Assembly: GCA_016432405.1 (NCBI GenBank)
Contig: CP066687.1
Location: 1-40,455, forward strand
DNA: 40,455 nucleotides
DNA from: Candidatus Giovannonibacteria bacterium
GTDB lineage: Bacteria; Patescibacteriota; Minisyncoccia; UBA11713; 2-01-FULL-45-33
Reading direction: 5' to 3'
Positions 26,306-34,922 of the stretch are shown piece after piece. Position numbers and translations under genes: made by a program. Position 1 is the stretch's first letter; each line of letters starts with the position of its first letter. The notes under the pieces are model-generated. The model was not told the DNA's origin. It searched no databases and was given only the letters and a program-made list of their open reading frames with translations.

Positions 26306-26774
26306 CTTTTTGTTTGTTTCTTTCTTTTAATAATTTCAATGCTTCCAAAGTGGCAAGCGCGTTGGTGAGCTTGTTTTTGGTGTGCGATAAAATTTTGGCG
26401 CTGGCGTTTTTTACCCCCGCCAAAGCCAAAACCGTCCGCGCCGCGCCTCCGGCGACCAGCCCCCGGCCGGCTTTTGCCGGCCTTAAGATAACCCGCGCGC
26501 TGCCGAACTTTGAATAAACTTCGTGCGGAATTGACTCATCCTTTGTGAGCGGGACGTGAATCAGGGATTTTCTGGCCTTCCTCACGGCTTTTTCAATCGC
26601 CTGCGAAGTGTCAGCCGCCTTGCCCAAACCGAACCCCACATCGCCTTTTTTATTTCCGATAACAACCGCTGCCCTGAAGGTGAAGCGGCGCCCGCCGGCG
26701 ACAACTCTCGCAACCCTCCGGAGATCCGTCAGTTTTTGCTCGTATTCGCTTTTTTGTCTTGGTTCTCTGGCCAT
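26292..26774 (-). CDS. rpsE: 30S ribosomal protein S5
   Basis: VARVVAGGRRFTFRAAVVIGNKKGDVGFGLGKA. It overlaps rplO directly, leaving no room for L30. Confidence 0.92.
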   Translation of the reverse strand: MAREPRQKSEYEQKLTDLRRVARVVAGGRRFTFRAAVVIGNKKGDVGFGLGKAADTSQAIEKAVRKARKSLIHVPLTKDESIPHEVYSKFGSARVILRPAKAGRGLVAGGAARTVLALAGVKNASAKILSHTKNKLTNALATLEALKLLKERNKQKDAGA

Positions 26775-26778
26775 AAAA

Positions 26779-27132
26779 TTAAAATTTTAATCCGCCTTCC
26801 CTTGCTCCCTCTGCAACTTTTTTGACGCGGCCGTGATATTTAAATCCGCCCCGATCAAACACCGCGCTTTTAATTTTTTTGCTCTTTGCCTTCTCCGCCA
26901 AAAGTTTCCCCGTTTCATATGCCTTGTCCGATTTACTCGCCTTTTTTTTAACGTTGATTTCTTTATCCGACGCGCTCAAAATTGTTCTTTGTTTTTCGTC
27001 ATCAACAAGCTGGAGAAAAATATGCTTGTTTGAACGGAAAACCGAAAGCCGCGGGCGCTCGGCAGTCCCAAAAACCCGCGCCCTCACCCTTTTATGTCTT
27101 ATCTCCCGTTTGTGTTCTTTTATTTTTGTCAT
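26779..27132 (-). CDS. rplR: 50S ribosomal protein L18
   Basis: RPRLSVFRSNKHIFLQLVDD and FDRGGFKYHGRVK. Confidence 0.92.
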   Translation of the reverse strand: MTKIKEHKREIRHKRVRARVFGTAERPRLSVFRSNKHIFLQLVDDEKQRTILSASDKEINVKKKASKSDKAYETGKLLAEKAKSKKIKSAVFDRGGFKYHGRVKKVAEGAREGGLKF

Positions 27133-27143
27133 TTGGATTTGTT

Positions 27144-27171
27144 TAGAAATTAGAAATTTGAAATTAGAAAT
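27144..27171. repeat. Four tandem heptamers TAGAAAT/TTGAAAT in the rplF-rplR spacer
   Basis: TAGAAAT TAGAAAT TTGAAAT TAGAAAT. Confidence 0.85.
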
Positions 27172-27176
27172 TGCCG

Positions 27177-27722
27177 CTAGGCGGCCGCTACGGCCTTTTT
27201 GCCGGCCTTGCGCCTTATAATTTCACCCGCGTAATGGATGCCCTTCCCTTTGTACGGCTCCGGGCGCTTCTGCGCCCTGATATTCGCGGCCGCCTCGCCG
27301 ACTTTTTCTTTATCGGCGCCGCTTACCACAATCATGTTCTTCTCAATTTTGAATGCCACACCTTCCGGCGCGGGAATTTTTACCGGATGCGTAAATCCCA
27401 AAGACAAAGAGAGGTCTTTGCCGTCCAATTGCGCTTTGTATCCTACGCCCTCTATCTCTAATTTTTTTTCATAGCCGTCTTTCACCCCCAAAATGGCGCT
27501 TTTAAAAATGGAGGCCGCCGTGCCCAGCACCGGATAAAATTCTTTGGGAGAATTTTCTTTCAAACTTATTTTAAATTCGCCGCCCGCGTCTTTTATGTCC
27601 ACATAATCGGGAAAGCGCTTTTTAAGCTCTCCCTTTGGGCCATTAAACAGCCAGAAATCTCCGGCGCGGTTTACGGAAACGCCTTCCGGAATTTTTATTG
27701 ATTTTTTGGCGAGCCGGGACAT
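27177..27722 (-). CDS. rplF: 50S ribosomal protein L6
   Basis: MSRLAKKSIKIPEGV... I chose the ATG at 27722 because the longer ORF overlaps rpsH. Confidence 0.92.
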   Translation of the reverse strand: MSRLAKKSIKIPEGVSVNRAGDFWLFNGPKGELKKRFPDYVDIKDAGGEFKISLKENSPKEFYPVLGTAASIFKSAILGVKDGYEKKLEIEGVGYKAQLDGKDLSLSLGFTHPVKIPAPEGVAFKIEKNMIVVSGADKEKVGEAAANIRAQKRPEPYKGKGIHYAGEIIRRKAGKKAVAAA

Positions 27723-27726
27723 CGTT

Positions 27727-28119
27727 TTACCAAATTTCAAATAAAACTTCTCCGCCCAATTTCGCCCTTTTCGCTTCTTTATTGGTCATAAGCCCTTTGG
27801 GAGTGGAATAAACCGCAATGCCAAACCCTCCGCGCGGAGGATAAATTTCCCGGTGGCCGCGGTAAAACCGCCGCGACGGTTTGGATGCCCGGCGCGCTCC
27901 GGAAACTTTCGGCGCGCCGTCCTCTTCGTAAAGCAATTTCATTTCTATCAACTTGGCGTTTTTCTTGCCTCTTTGTTCAACCTGCCCGGCGTAACCGGCG
28001 CGTTCAAGCAGTTTGGCTATCTCAAATTTAATTTTGGAGTAACCGAAAGAAACGGCGCCCTTTCTAACCGCCTGCGCGTTTTTTATCCTTATCAACATGT
28101 CTGCGATTGGGTCTGTCAT
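27727..28119 (-). CDS. rpsH: 30S ribosomal protein S8
   Basis: MTDPIADMLIRIKNA is the S8 N-terminal signature. Confidence 0.93.
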   Translation of the reverse strand: MTDPIADMLIRIKNAQAVRKGAVSFGYSKIKFEIAKLLERAGYAGQVEQRGKKNAKLIEMKLLYEEDGAPKVSGARRASKPSRRFYRGHREIYPPRGGFGIAVYSTPKGLMTNKEAKRAKLGGEVLFEIW

Positions 28120-28139
28120 AATACTAATTACTAATTTTT

Positions 28140-28150
28140 TACGAATATAC
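28140..28150. repeat. Left copy of the 11-bp inverted repeat TACGAATATAC flanking the CsaA/GxxExxY insertion
   Basis: The reverse complement GTATATTCGTA occurs at 28902-28912. The spacer also contains ATACTAAT twice (28121-28128 and 28147-28154). Confidence 0.5.
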
Positions 28151-28157
28151 TAATAAT

Positions 28158-28490
28158 TTAAAACATCTTTTTTCCCAACGGGACACTCTTTGTCGGAGAC
28201 AGAAGCACAACATCTCCATTTTCATCAGGAAGACCGAGCGTCAATACTTCGGAGATAAACGGGCCGATTTGCTTCGGCGGGAAATTGACTACTGCAATCA
28301 CTTGTTTCCCTAATAATTTTTCTTTCGTATAATGTTCGGTGATTTGTACAGATGATTTTTTAATACCGATTTCTTCTCCAAAATTAATATCCAGTTTATA
28401 AGCTGGCTTTCGCGCTTCAGGAAAGTCCTCCACTTTAACCACCTCGCCTACTCTAACATCAACTTTTTCAAAATCTGAATAATTTATCAT
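28158..28490 (-). CDS. tRNA-binding domain protein (CsaA/YgjH, EMAP-II-like OB fold)
   Basis: FEKVDVRVGEVVKVEDFPEARKPAYKLDINFG...VIAVVNFPPKQIG matches the CsaA-type tRNA-binding domain. Confidence 0.75.
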   Translation of the reverse strand: MINYSDFEKVDVRVGEVVKVEDFPEARKPAYKLDINFGEEIGIKKSSVQITEHYTKEKLLGKQVIAVVNFPPKQIGPFISEVLTLGLPDENGDVVLLSPTKSVPLGKKMF

Positions 28491-28498
28491 CGTGGTAA

Positions 28499-28897
28499 TT
28501 ATTTAATATTAAGTATCCTCCTAAATTTAATGCCGCTTGGGGTAAATTGCGCAAGAATTCCTAATTTTAGACCTGTGGCTATTAGGTAGGCGTAAATTTG
28601 GTCAATATTGCTTTTAGCAACTCGTTCGCCTCGTTTCAACTCCAATACAACTTTATCATCCACAAGAAAATCTAGGAAATAATTTCCAATTTTCTCGTCT
28701 TTAAACTTTAAAGGAACAAGATATTGCTCTTTGTAATTCAATCCGGCCAATTTTAACGCGGCCGCGGTAGCTTTCTCATAATATTTTTCTTGGTATCCGT
28801 AACCTAGCTGATTATAAACATCAAACAAAATGCCAATTATTTTATAGCTTAGCTCTGGATATATTAAATCTGTTCTTATTTCTTTTTTCGTATTCAT
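28499..28897 (-). CDS. GxxExxY family protein (PD-(D/E)XK-like)
   Basis: GYGYQEKYYEKA (the GxxExxY motif), DFLVDDKVVLELK and the C-terminal GILAQF pattern typical of this family. Confidence 0.75.
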   Translation of the reverse strand: MNTKKEIRTDLIYPELSYKIIGILFDVYNQLGYGYQEKYYEKATAAALKLAGLNYKEQYLVPLKFKDEKIGNYFLDFLVDDKVVLELKRGERVAKSNIDQIYAYLIATGLKLGILAQFTPSGIKFRRILNIK

Positions 28898-28930
28898 ATT
28901 CGTATATTCGTATCAGATTCGTAATTCGTA
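28898..28930. repeat. Four copies of ATTCGTA between the rpsZ stop and the GxxExxY start
   Basis: ATTCGTAT ATTCGTAT cag ATTCGTA ATTCGTA. It contains the right copy of the inverted 11-mer. Confidence 0.8.
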
Positions 28931-28934
28931 CTCG

Positions 28935-29120
28935 CTACCAGCTACTTTTTCTAATTCCGGGTATCATGCCTTCGTTGGCAAGTTCCCTGAAACAAATCCG
29001 GCAAAGGTCAAAGTCGCGCATATAACCGCGCTTGCGCCAGCATCTGAAACAGCGCCTGACCACCCTGCTTTTGAATTTCGGGGGCTTTAATGATCTTGCG
29101 TACGTGGAAGTTTTAGCCAT
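28935..29120 (-). CDS. rpsZ: 30S ribosomal protein S14, type Z (zinc-binding)
   Basis: [48 protein letters not shown], 61 aa with CxxC...CxxC. The ATG is at 29120. Confidence 0.88.
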   Translation of the reverse strand: MAKTSTYARSLKPPKFKSRVVRRCFRCWRKRGYMRDFDLCRICFRELANEGMIPGIRKSSW

Positions 29121-29658
29121 TGCGTTGAAAAGGAAAACCCAATAATCTGAATAGCTCCGCGGCTTCATCGCGTTTTCTGGCGCTGGTTACAATCGTTACC
29201 TCCAATCCAAAAATATTTCTCACGTCTTCGCCAACCATTTCAGGAAACACTATATGCTCTTTGATTCCCACTGTCAAATTGCCCGACGCGTCCACGGATT
29301 TCAGCGGAATGCCGCGGAAATCCCGGGTGCGCGGGATGGCAAAGCCGACCAGTTTGTCCAAAAAGTCATACATCCTTTTTCCGCGCAAAGTGACTTTGTA
29401 TCCCACAGTCATTCCCTGCCTTGTTTTAAAAGACGACACAGCGATTCTGGCAGGGCGCGGCGAGGGTTTTTGTCCCGTAATCAGCGCGAGATGTTTCTCC
29501 ACGGCTTCAATTGCCTCTTTTTTGTCGCGCATTTTGCCGGTTCCGACGTTCACGACAACTTTTAAAACCCGCGGCACAGCCATGGGAGTTCGGAGGCCAA
29601 ACTCTTTCATCATTTTCGGCACGGCCTCTTTTACATATTTTTCTTTGATTGATTGCAT
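29113..29658 (-). CDS. rplE: 50S ribosomal protein L5
   Basis: [13 protein letters not shown] and [28 protein letters not shown] chose the ATG at 29658; the ORF-track start at 29664 is TTG. Confidence 0.92.
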   Translation of the reverse strand: MQSIKEKYVKEAVPKMMKEFGLRTPMAVPRVLKVVVNVGTGKMRDKKEAIEAVEKHLALITGQKPSPRPARIAVSSFKTRQGMTVGYKVTLRGKRMYDFLDKLVGFAIPRTRDFRGIPLKSVDASGNLTVGIKEHIVFPEMVGEDVRNIFGLEVTIVTSARKRDEAAELFRLLGFPFQRNG

Positions 29659-29660
29659 AT

Positions 29661-29969
29661 TCAAATCTCGTTTTTACATTTTTTGCAAACTCGGGCTTTC
29701 CGCCCGTTTTCTAAAATCTGAAGTCCAGCGCGGACTCCACAGCCGCAGTTCGTGCAGAATAACATGGTGTTGGAAACATGAATAGGAGAGGGCAAAGTTA
29801 CAACTTCACCTTTTTGCCCTTGCCTTCTCGGGCGCCGGTGTTTTTTGCGAAGCGCGACTCCTTCCACAACTATTTTTTCTGATTTCGGGAACGCGCGCAA
29901 AACCTTGCCCTGCTTGCCGCGGTCTTTTCCGGAAATTATTTTAACAATGTCTCCCTTTTTTATGCGCAT
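29661..29969 (-). CDS. rplX: 50S ribosomal protein L24 with a Cys-rich C-terminal segment
   Basis: MRIKKGDIVKIISGKDRGKQGKV (KOW motif). The C-terminus contains CTNCGC...CKKC. Confidence 0.9.
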   Translation of the reverse strand: MRIKKGDIVKIISGKDRGKQGKVLRAFPKSEKIVVEGVALRKKHRRPRRQGQKGEVVTLPSPIHVSNTMLFCTNCGCGVRAGLQILENGRKARVCKKCKNEI

Positions 29970-29973
29970 AAGT

Positions 29974-30339
29974 TTAAACTATCTCTTCCGCCAAAGACGC
30001 TATTTTGTTAAATCCCTTTTCTTTAATCTCGCGTGGGATCGGGCCGAAAATACGGCCTCCTTTCGGTTCTTCTCCTTCCAAAATAACAATTGCGTTATCG
30101 TCAAAGCGGATGTATGAGCCGTCCGGGCGCCGAAAAGCGTTTTTCTGCCGGACCACCAAGGCCTTGTGCACCTCGCCTTTTTTAACCGCCTTTCTCGGCT
30201 CCGCCGCCTTTATTGCGACGACAATTTTGTCGCCTACGCCGGCGTAGCGCCGGCGGGTTCCTCCCAAAACCTTAATACACTGGGCGAGCTTCGCGCCGGA
30301 GTTATCCGCGATATTGAGCATTGTGCGGTGTTGGATCAT
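29974..30339 (-). CDS. rplN: 50S ribosomal protein L14
   Basis: [17 protein letters not shown] is the L14 signature. Confidence 0.95.
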   Translation of the reverse strand: MIQHRTMLNIADNSGAKLAQCIKVLGGTRRRYAGVGDKIVVAIKAAEPRKAVKKGEVHKALVVRQKNAFRRPDGSYIRFDDNAIVILEGEEPKGGRIFGPIPREIKEKGFNKIASLAEEIV

Positions 30340-30563
30340 AAAACTTTAACCAATTTCCACTTTTTATTTTTAGATATCGGCCGGCACGCTTCCAGCACGA
30401 CTTTCGCGCCCTCCGGAACGTCCTCCGTAGTATGTGCCTTGTACCTTTTTGAAATCTTAATAAATTTTCCGTAAAGCCGGTGTTTTTTGATGCGCGAAAC
30501 TTCCACAACTATTGTGCGGCGCATTTTGTTTGAAACAACTGTTCCTTTTACTGTTTGCGGCAT
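30336..30563 (-). CDS. rpsQ: 30S ribosomal protein S17
   Basis: [17 protein letters not shown]...HRLYGKFIK. Confidence 0.9.
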   Translation of the reverse strand: MPQTVKGTVVSNKMRRTIVVEVSRIKKHRLYGKFIKISKRYKAHTTEDVPEGAKVVLEACRPISKNKKWKLVKVL

Positions 30564-30567
30564 GATT

Positions 30568-30762
30568 TTAATTTTTATTTTGTAACAACGTTAAAATTCT
30601 GGCTACATTTTTTCTGATTTCACGCGCCTCTTTGACGTTTTTCGGCTTTGATTCGTGCGCCCTCATTTTAAGCTCCAATAATTTCTCGCGTTCGCCGGAT
30701 AAAAGCTCTTTAAGCTCCGCCTCCGCCTTGCCTTTTAAATCTTTTATTTTGAGCTTTGCCAT
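30568..30762 (-). CDS. rpmC: 50S ribosomal protein L29
   Basis: 64-aa helical protein (LKGKAEAELKELL...IRKNVARILT) in the conserved position. Confidence 0.85.
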   Translation of the reverse strand: MAKLKIKDLKGKAEAELKELLSGEREKLLELKMRAHESKPKNVKEAREIRKNVARILTLLQNKN

Positions 30763-31172
30763 TATCTTGAAACAAATTTGGTTCTAATCGGCAGTTTCGC
30801 TCCGGCCCTGCGAAGCGCCTCCTCGGCCGCTTCCTTTGTCACCCCGTCCATTTCAAAAAGAATTCTCCCCGGCAACACGGGGAAAACATACCCCTCAACG
30901 TCGCCTTTTCCTCCGCCCATCGTCACTTCCGGGGGTTTTTTCGTAACCGGTTTATCGGGGAAAATCCGAATCCAAATCTTTCCGCCGCGCTGGACAAAAT
31001 TCGTCATCGCTTTTCTCGCCGCCTCCAGCTGTTTGGAATTCACCCAAGCGGCTTCCTCCGCCTTGAGGCCGAACGAGCCGAAAGCCAAAGACACGCCCCG
31101 CGTTTCTTTGAGGTTGCGGCGGGTGGCCATCCTCTGCCATTTTCTGAATTTTACTCTTTTTGGAAACAGCAT
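30762..31172 (-). CDS. rplP: 50S ribosomal protein L16
   Basis: [14 protein letters not shown] and [17 protein letters not shown]. Confidence 0.93.
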   Translation of the reverse strand: MLFPKRVKFRKWQRMATRRNLKETRGVSLAFGSFGLKAEEAAWVNSKQLEAARKAMTNFVQRGGKIWIRIFPDKPVTKKPPEVTMGGGKGDVEGYVFPVLPGRILFEMDGVTKEAAEEALRRAGAKLPIRTKFVSR

Positions 31173-31181
31173 ATGTTTAAT

Positions 31182-31883
31182 TTATTTGGCTTGTTTGGTC
31201 TTCTTATCAAAAATCTCACCTTTATAGATCCAGATTTTTATGCCCAAATCCCCGTAAGGAAGGTGCGCCCGGCCTCTGGCAAAATCAACATCGGCGCGTA
31301 GAGTCTGCAGGGGAACTTGCCCTTCTTTCAGCCATTCGTATCTCGCCATCTCGGCGCCATCCAGCCGCCCGGACAGAGAAATTTTTGCGCCTTTCACTTC
31401 CTTGGAGGCGGTTATTTTCGCCATTGTCTGCTTGAGCACCCTCCGGAACGGCAAGCGGCGCTCCAGATCCTGGGCGATTGATTCAACCATAACTTTGGCG
31501 TGCTGCTCGGGTGACTTGATTTCTTCAACGGTGATTTTAAGCCCGCTCTTTTGATTTTTGTCTTTTGATTTCGGCGCCGATTTTTGCTTTCTCAATTTAT
31601 TCAAAAACGCTTCCGTGTCTCTTTTTAATTTTTCAATTCCTTCGCCTCCCCTGCCTATAAGCAGGCCCGGGCGCGCTGTTTTTATAATCAAGTTGATGCT
31701 TGCCGGAGAACGCTCTATTTCAACGGAATCAACAAAAGCGCCTTTTAATTTTTTATCCAAAAAATTGCGGAGCATGACGTCTTCCTTCAAAGCGCCGGCG
31801 AATCCGCGCGCGGAAAACCAGCGCGACCTCCAAGGCCTCAATATCCCCAATCTCATTGCGTATGGATGCGACGTGTGGCTCAT
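31182..31883 (-). CDS. rpsC: 30S ribosomal protein S3
   Basis: HPYAMRLGI..W.SRWF, a KH domain (LIGRGGEGIEKLK) and GAEMARYEW. Confidence 0.93.
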   Translation of the reverse strand: MSHTSHPYAMRLGILRPWRSRWFSARGFAGALKEDVMLRNFLDKKLKGAFVDSVEIERSPASINLIIKTARPGLLIGRGGEGIEKLKRDTEAFLNKLRKQKSAPKSKDKNQKSGLKITVEEIKSPEQHAKVMVESIAQDLERRLPFRRVLKQTMAKITASKEVKGAKISLSGRLDGAEMARYEWLKEGQVPLQTLRADVDFARGRAHLPYGDLGIKIWIYKGEIFDKKTKQAK

Positions 31884-32212
31884 TTGTTTTTTAAAATAAT
31901 GGTAACATGGCTTTCGCGCTTTCTGATGGGAGCGGCGGAGCCCCTCGCGCGCGGCATAAACCGCTTAAGCGTCGGCCCTTTGTCCACGGTAATGGTTTTT
32001 ACAACCAAATTTTCTTTCTCAATGTTGAAATTATGCTTGGCGTTGGCGATGGCCGACTTTAAAAGTTTTTTTAATGGCAGCGCCGCGCGCTTCGGCAAAA
32101 ATTCCAAAACCGCTTCCGCTTCTCCGGCCGATTTTCCTTTGACGGCGCCGGCCGCGAGCCGCACTTTGCGCGGCGCCATCCTCAAATATCTCAAATGCGC
32201 TTTTATCTCCAT
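31880..32212 (-). CDS. rplV: 50S ribosomal protein L22
   Basis: LRMAPRKVRL... and KRFMPRARGSAAPIRKRESH. Confidence 0.9.
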   Translation of the reverse strand: MEIKAHLRYLRMAPRKVRLAAGAVKGKSAGEAEAVLEFLPKRAALPLKKLLKSAIANAKHNFNIEKENLVVKTITVDKGPTLKRFMPRARGSAAPIRKRESHVTIILKNK

Positions 32213-32234
32213 AACAATACTAAATTGGTAATCA

Positions 32235-32606
32235 TTATTTTTTGGCCGGCGCCGTCGCGGCCGGAGATGACGCAGAAGCCGCTTTAGCTTTCTCTGCTTC
32301 TTTGGCTTGTAATTCCAACTCTTTTTGCATTTTGCCTCCGTGCTTTACAAACTTGCGCGTGGGCGAAAATTCTCCGAGGCGGTGTCCGACCATCTCTTCA
32401 GTAACGCCCACCGGTATAAAATCTTTGCCGTTATGCACGCCGAAAATAAACCCGACCATCTCGGGCGTAATCTGCGACCTTCGCGACCATGTTTTTATAA
32501 CGTCTTTTCCGCCTGCCTTGCCGGCAGGCAGGCCCGCGCGAAACTTGCCCAATTTCTTGAGCAATTTCGGGTCCGTATACGGGCCTTTTTTTAAACTCCG
32601 CGCCAT
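32235..32606 (-). CDS. rpsS: 30S ribosomal protein S19 with an Ala/Lys-rich C-terminal extension
   Basis: [24 protein letters not shown] and VHNGKDF. It carries about 30 extra C-terminal residues. Confidence 0.9.
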   Translation of the reverse strand: MARSLKKGPYTDPKLLKKLGKFRAGLPAGKAGGKDVIKTWSRRSQITPEMVGFIFGVHNGKDFIPVGVTEEMVGHRLGEFSPTRKFVKHGGKMQKELELQAKEAEKAKAASASSPAATAPAKK

Positions 32607-32607
32607 A

Positions 32608-33447
32608 CTAGTTTTTAGTTCGCCTGCTGATAATAAATCTTGAAGAAAATTTATTCGGGTTTCTGGTTTTCACGCCCCTTGTTCCCTTGCCCCATTTGTT
32701 TTTCGGACGGCGTGTCCCCCTAAGCGTCCTGCCTTCGCCTCCGCCGTAAGGATGGTCAACCGGGTTCATCGCCGAGCCGCGCACAGTGGGCCGCACGCCC
32801 ATGCGCCGCGACCTCCCGGCCTTACCGATGACGACAAGGTTGTGCTCCTCATTGGAGACCTGCCCGATGGAAGCCCAGGCATCGTCTTTTATTTTTCTGA
32901 CCTCCCCGGAAGGAAGCTTCAGCGTCGCGTATCCGCCGTCGTGCGCGACAACTTCCGCAAAAGAGCCGGCAGACCTTACCAAAGCCGCCTTGCTCTCGGC
33001 GGAAAGCGAAATATTATAAACAAAAGTGCCAGGCGGAAGCTCCCCCAAAGGCAAGCGATTGCCCGGCAAAATCGGGGCTTTTGCGGACGCCAAAATTTCC
33101 CGCCCCGGGCGGACGTCTTTGGGCAAAACCATGTATCTTTTCTCTCCGTCTTTGTATGTCACCAAGCCGATGAAGGCGGTGCGGTTGGGGTCATACTCAA
33201 CCGATTCAACCCGGCCCGGGACATCTTTTTTATCAAATCTAAAATCAACGATTCGCAAAAGCCGTTTTGCTCCGCCGCCTTTGTGGCGTGTCGTGATGCG
33301 GCCGAAGCTGTTCCTGCCGACATCGCGCTTTCTGCCGAATACCAGAGATTTTTCCGGCGCGGAGCGCGGGCGCGTTAAAAGCTCCCGGTAGTTTATTCCG
33401 GTCATCTGCCTTCTCCCCGGGCTCCTTGGCGCAAAGGTCTTTATCAT
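32608..33447 (-). CDS. rplB: 50S ribosomal protein L2
   Basis: [16 protein letters not shown] and [13 protein letters not shown]. Confidence 0.95.
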   Translation of the reverse strand: MIKTFAPRSPGRRQMTGINYRELLTRPRSAPEKSLVFGRKRDVGRNSFGRITTRHKGGGAKRLLRIVDFRFDKKDVPGRVESVEYDPNRTAFIGLVTYKDGEKRYMVLPKDVRPGREILASAKAPILPGNRLPLGELPPGTFVYNISLSAESKAALVRSAGSFAEVVAHDGGYATLKLPSGEVRKIKDDAWASIGQVSNEEHNLVVIGKAGRSRRMGVRPTVRGSAMNPVDHPYGGGEGRTLRGTRRPKNKWGKGTRGVKTRNPNKFSSRFIISRRTKN

Positions 33448-33451
33448 AAAA

Positions 33452-33916
33452 TTAAAATTCAGTTATCTTGTCACCTGCCTTTAATACCACTACGGCTTTT
33501 TTAAATCCCGATTTTACGCCGAGAATCTGGCCGCGCCTCCGGTTTTTATCTCTCGGGGCGATAATATTTATAAATTCAACGCCGACGCCGTAACGGCTTT
33601 CAATCGCCCGTTTTAACGAATTTTTGTCCGCGTTGTCCGCAACTTTAAATACATACCTGTCATCGCCGAGCATCGTCGCTTTCTCAGAAATATGAGGCGC
33701 GATAAGTAATTTCCAAGCGATTCCGCTTTTATTTTTGACAACGCCTCGCGGGAAAACACTCGGTGTTTTTGAGGATTCAACACCGAGTGTTGAGGAGCGA
33801 GGCGGCGTTGCGGAAGGCGCGCGCCCACGCCTAGAAATTTCATCCGCAGGGCGCGGAGCTTTTTTCGCCTCTTTCCTCCTCCACCCCCCGAAAATTTGCG
33901 CTAAATTAAACGGCAT
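33452..33916 (-). CDS. rplW: 50S ribosomal protein L23 with an Arg/Pro/Ser-rich N-terminal extension of about 60 aa
   Basis: The L23 core is LIAPHISEKAT...YVFKV...KRAIESRYGVGVEFINI...KKAVVVLK. No alternative in-frame start lies near the core. Confidence 0.8.
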   Translation of the reverse strand: MPFNLAQIFGGWRRKEAKKAPRPADEISRRGRAPSATPPRSSTLGVESSKTPSVFPRGVVKNKSGIAWKLLIAPHISEKATMLGDDRYVFKVADNADKNSLKRAIESRYGVGVEFINIIAPRDKNRRRGQILGVKSGFKKAVVVLKAGDKITEF

Positions 33917-34055
33917 ACCAGGTAGTAGAAAAATCGATTAGTGATAATGCTTTTGTAAATATAACCTCAAATTTCGGCCCAATATAAAACTGCCGGATAG
34001 CCGCTGGATTTCGTAATATCACCAAAAAGCAATCGATTTTTTCACTACCTGGCAT
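33914..34055. repeat. About 140-nt element bounded by 24-26 nt inverted repeats in the rplD-rplW junction
   Basis: The left arm ATACCAGGTAGTAGAAAAATCGATT (33915-33939, the arm without the leading C of the start codon) pairs with the right arm AATCGATTTTTTCACTACCTGGCAT (34031-34055). The core is 20 of 22 complementary. The arms include the rplW ATG and the rplD stop codon. Confidence 0.8.
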
Positions 34056-34698
34056 AAGTTTTTTCTAATTCTTTAATGCTGGATTTATCCAAAATCAAAT
34101 ATTTGTTATGCAAAAGCTCCATAATGTTCAAATTCCTCGGCTCAATATAAGAAACATACGGCAGATTTTTCGCGGCGCGTTTTGGCGTCTCGGATTTCGG
34201 CAGAGCCAAAAGCGCACGCCCGCCCCGCTCGCCGATTTTGTAAATCTCCGCCCCGCTTCGTAAATTTTTAAAAACACTGAACGCCTCTTTGGTTTTGGGC
34301 CGCGAGAGCTTAAACTCGTCCAAAATCACAACCTCTTTCTCTTTTAATTTTCTTGAAAGCAGAGAAAGCAGCGCCCCTCGCCTCATTTTTTTGTTCATCT
34401 TCACTTCGTAGCTCCTTTCTTTCCGCGGCCCGTGGGCGACTCCTCCTCCGACCCACAAAGGAGAGCGTATTGAGCCGTGACGCGCCCGCCCTGTTCCTTT
34501 TTGCCGCCATGGCTTTCTTCCTCCGCCCCGGACCTCACCTCTTGTTTTTGTATGCGCCCAAGGCCGCCTGCGGTTAGCCATCTCGCCGTCAAAAACCTGT
34601 TTTACCAGCGCCGGCTTCCAAGCCGCGCCGAAAATCCCCTCCGGCAATTCCGCGGTTCCAGCTTTCTGGCCTTTTACGTTGTAAATTTCCGTTTTCAT
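34045..34698 (-). CDS. rplD: 50S ribosomal protein L4
   Basis: RGGGRKPWRQKGTGRARHGSIRSPLWVGGGVAHGP is the L4 signature. Confidence 0.92.
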   Translation of the reverse strand: MKTEIYNVKGQKAGTAELPEGIFGAAWKPALVKQVFDGEMANRRRPWAHTKTRGEVRGGGRKPWRQKGTGRARHGSIRSPLWVGGGVAHGPRKERSYEVKMNKKMRRGALLSLLSRKLKEKEVVILDEFKLSRPKTKEAFSVFKNLRSGAEIYKIGERGGRALLALPKSETPKRAAKNLPYVSYIEPRNLNIMELLHNKYLILDKSSIKELEKTYAR

Positions 34699-34706
34699 AT
34701 TTATAA

Positions 34707-34786
34707 ATAAAAGCTTAAGCTTTTATCCCGACGTACGTCGGGATCGTTGCTAAAGCAACGAAAAACGAGGGGGCAGAACCCCCTCG
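34707..34786. repeat. Four consecutive perfect palindromes/hairpins immediately upstream of rplD
   Basis: ATAAAAGCTTAAGCTTTTAT (34707-34726), ATCCCGACGTACGTCGGGAT (34725-34744), CGTTGC-taaa-GCAACG (34745-34760) and CGAGGGGG-cagaa-CCCCCTCG (34766-34786). Confidence 0.85.
34761..34786 (-). terminator. Terminator-like hairpin inside the S10 operon (minus sense: CGAGGGGG-ttctg-CCCCCTCG plus TTTTT)
   Basis: An 8-bp GC-rich stem is followed directly by five U in minus sense, between rplC and rplD. Confidence 0.5.
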
Positions 34787-34871
34787 GCTAAAAACCCGGG
34801 ATTTCATGCCTTTTTATCCTCCTAAACCGTATTTTGGTTCTCTTCCCACAAGTGATTTAGATGATAGCATA

Positions 34872-34900
34872 TTGACTTTCCAGATGCAACAGGATAACTT
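34872..34900 (+). promoter_or_regulatory. Possible promoter of the plus-strand small gene
   Basis: TTGACT (34872-34877), a 17-nt spacer, then TAACTT (34895-34900). The -10 is weak. Confidence 0.35.
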
Positions 34901-34922
34901 AACATCAGAGGAGGGGAAAAAT

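Noticed and set aside
34806-34922. Longer 129-aa version of the plus-strand small ORF
   Set aside because: The upstream ATG has no RBS and lies upstream of the candidate promoter. The internal ATG at 34923 has GAGGAGGGG at ideal spacing.
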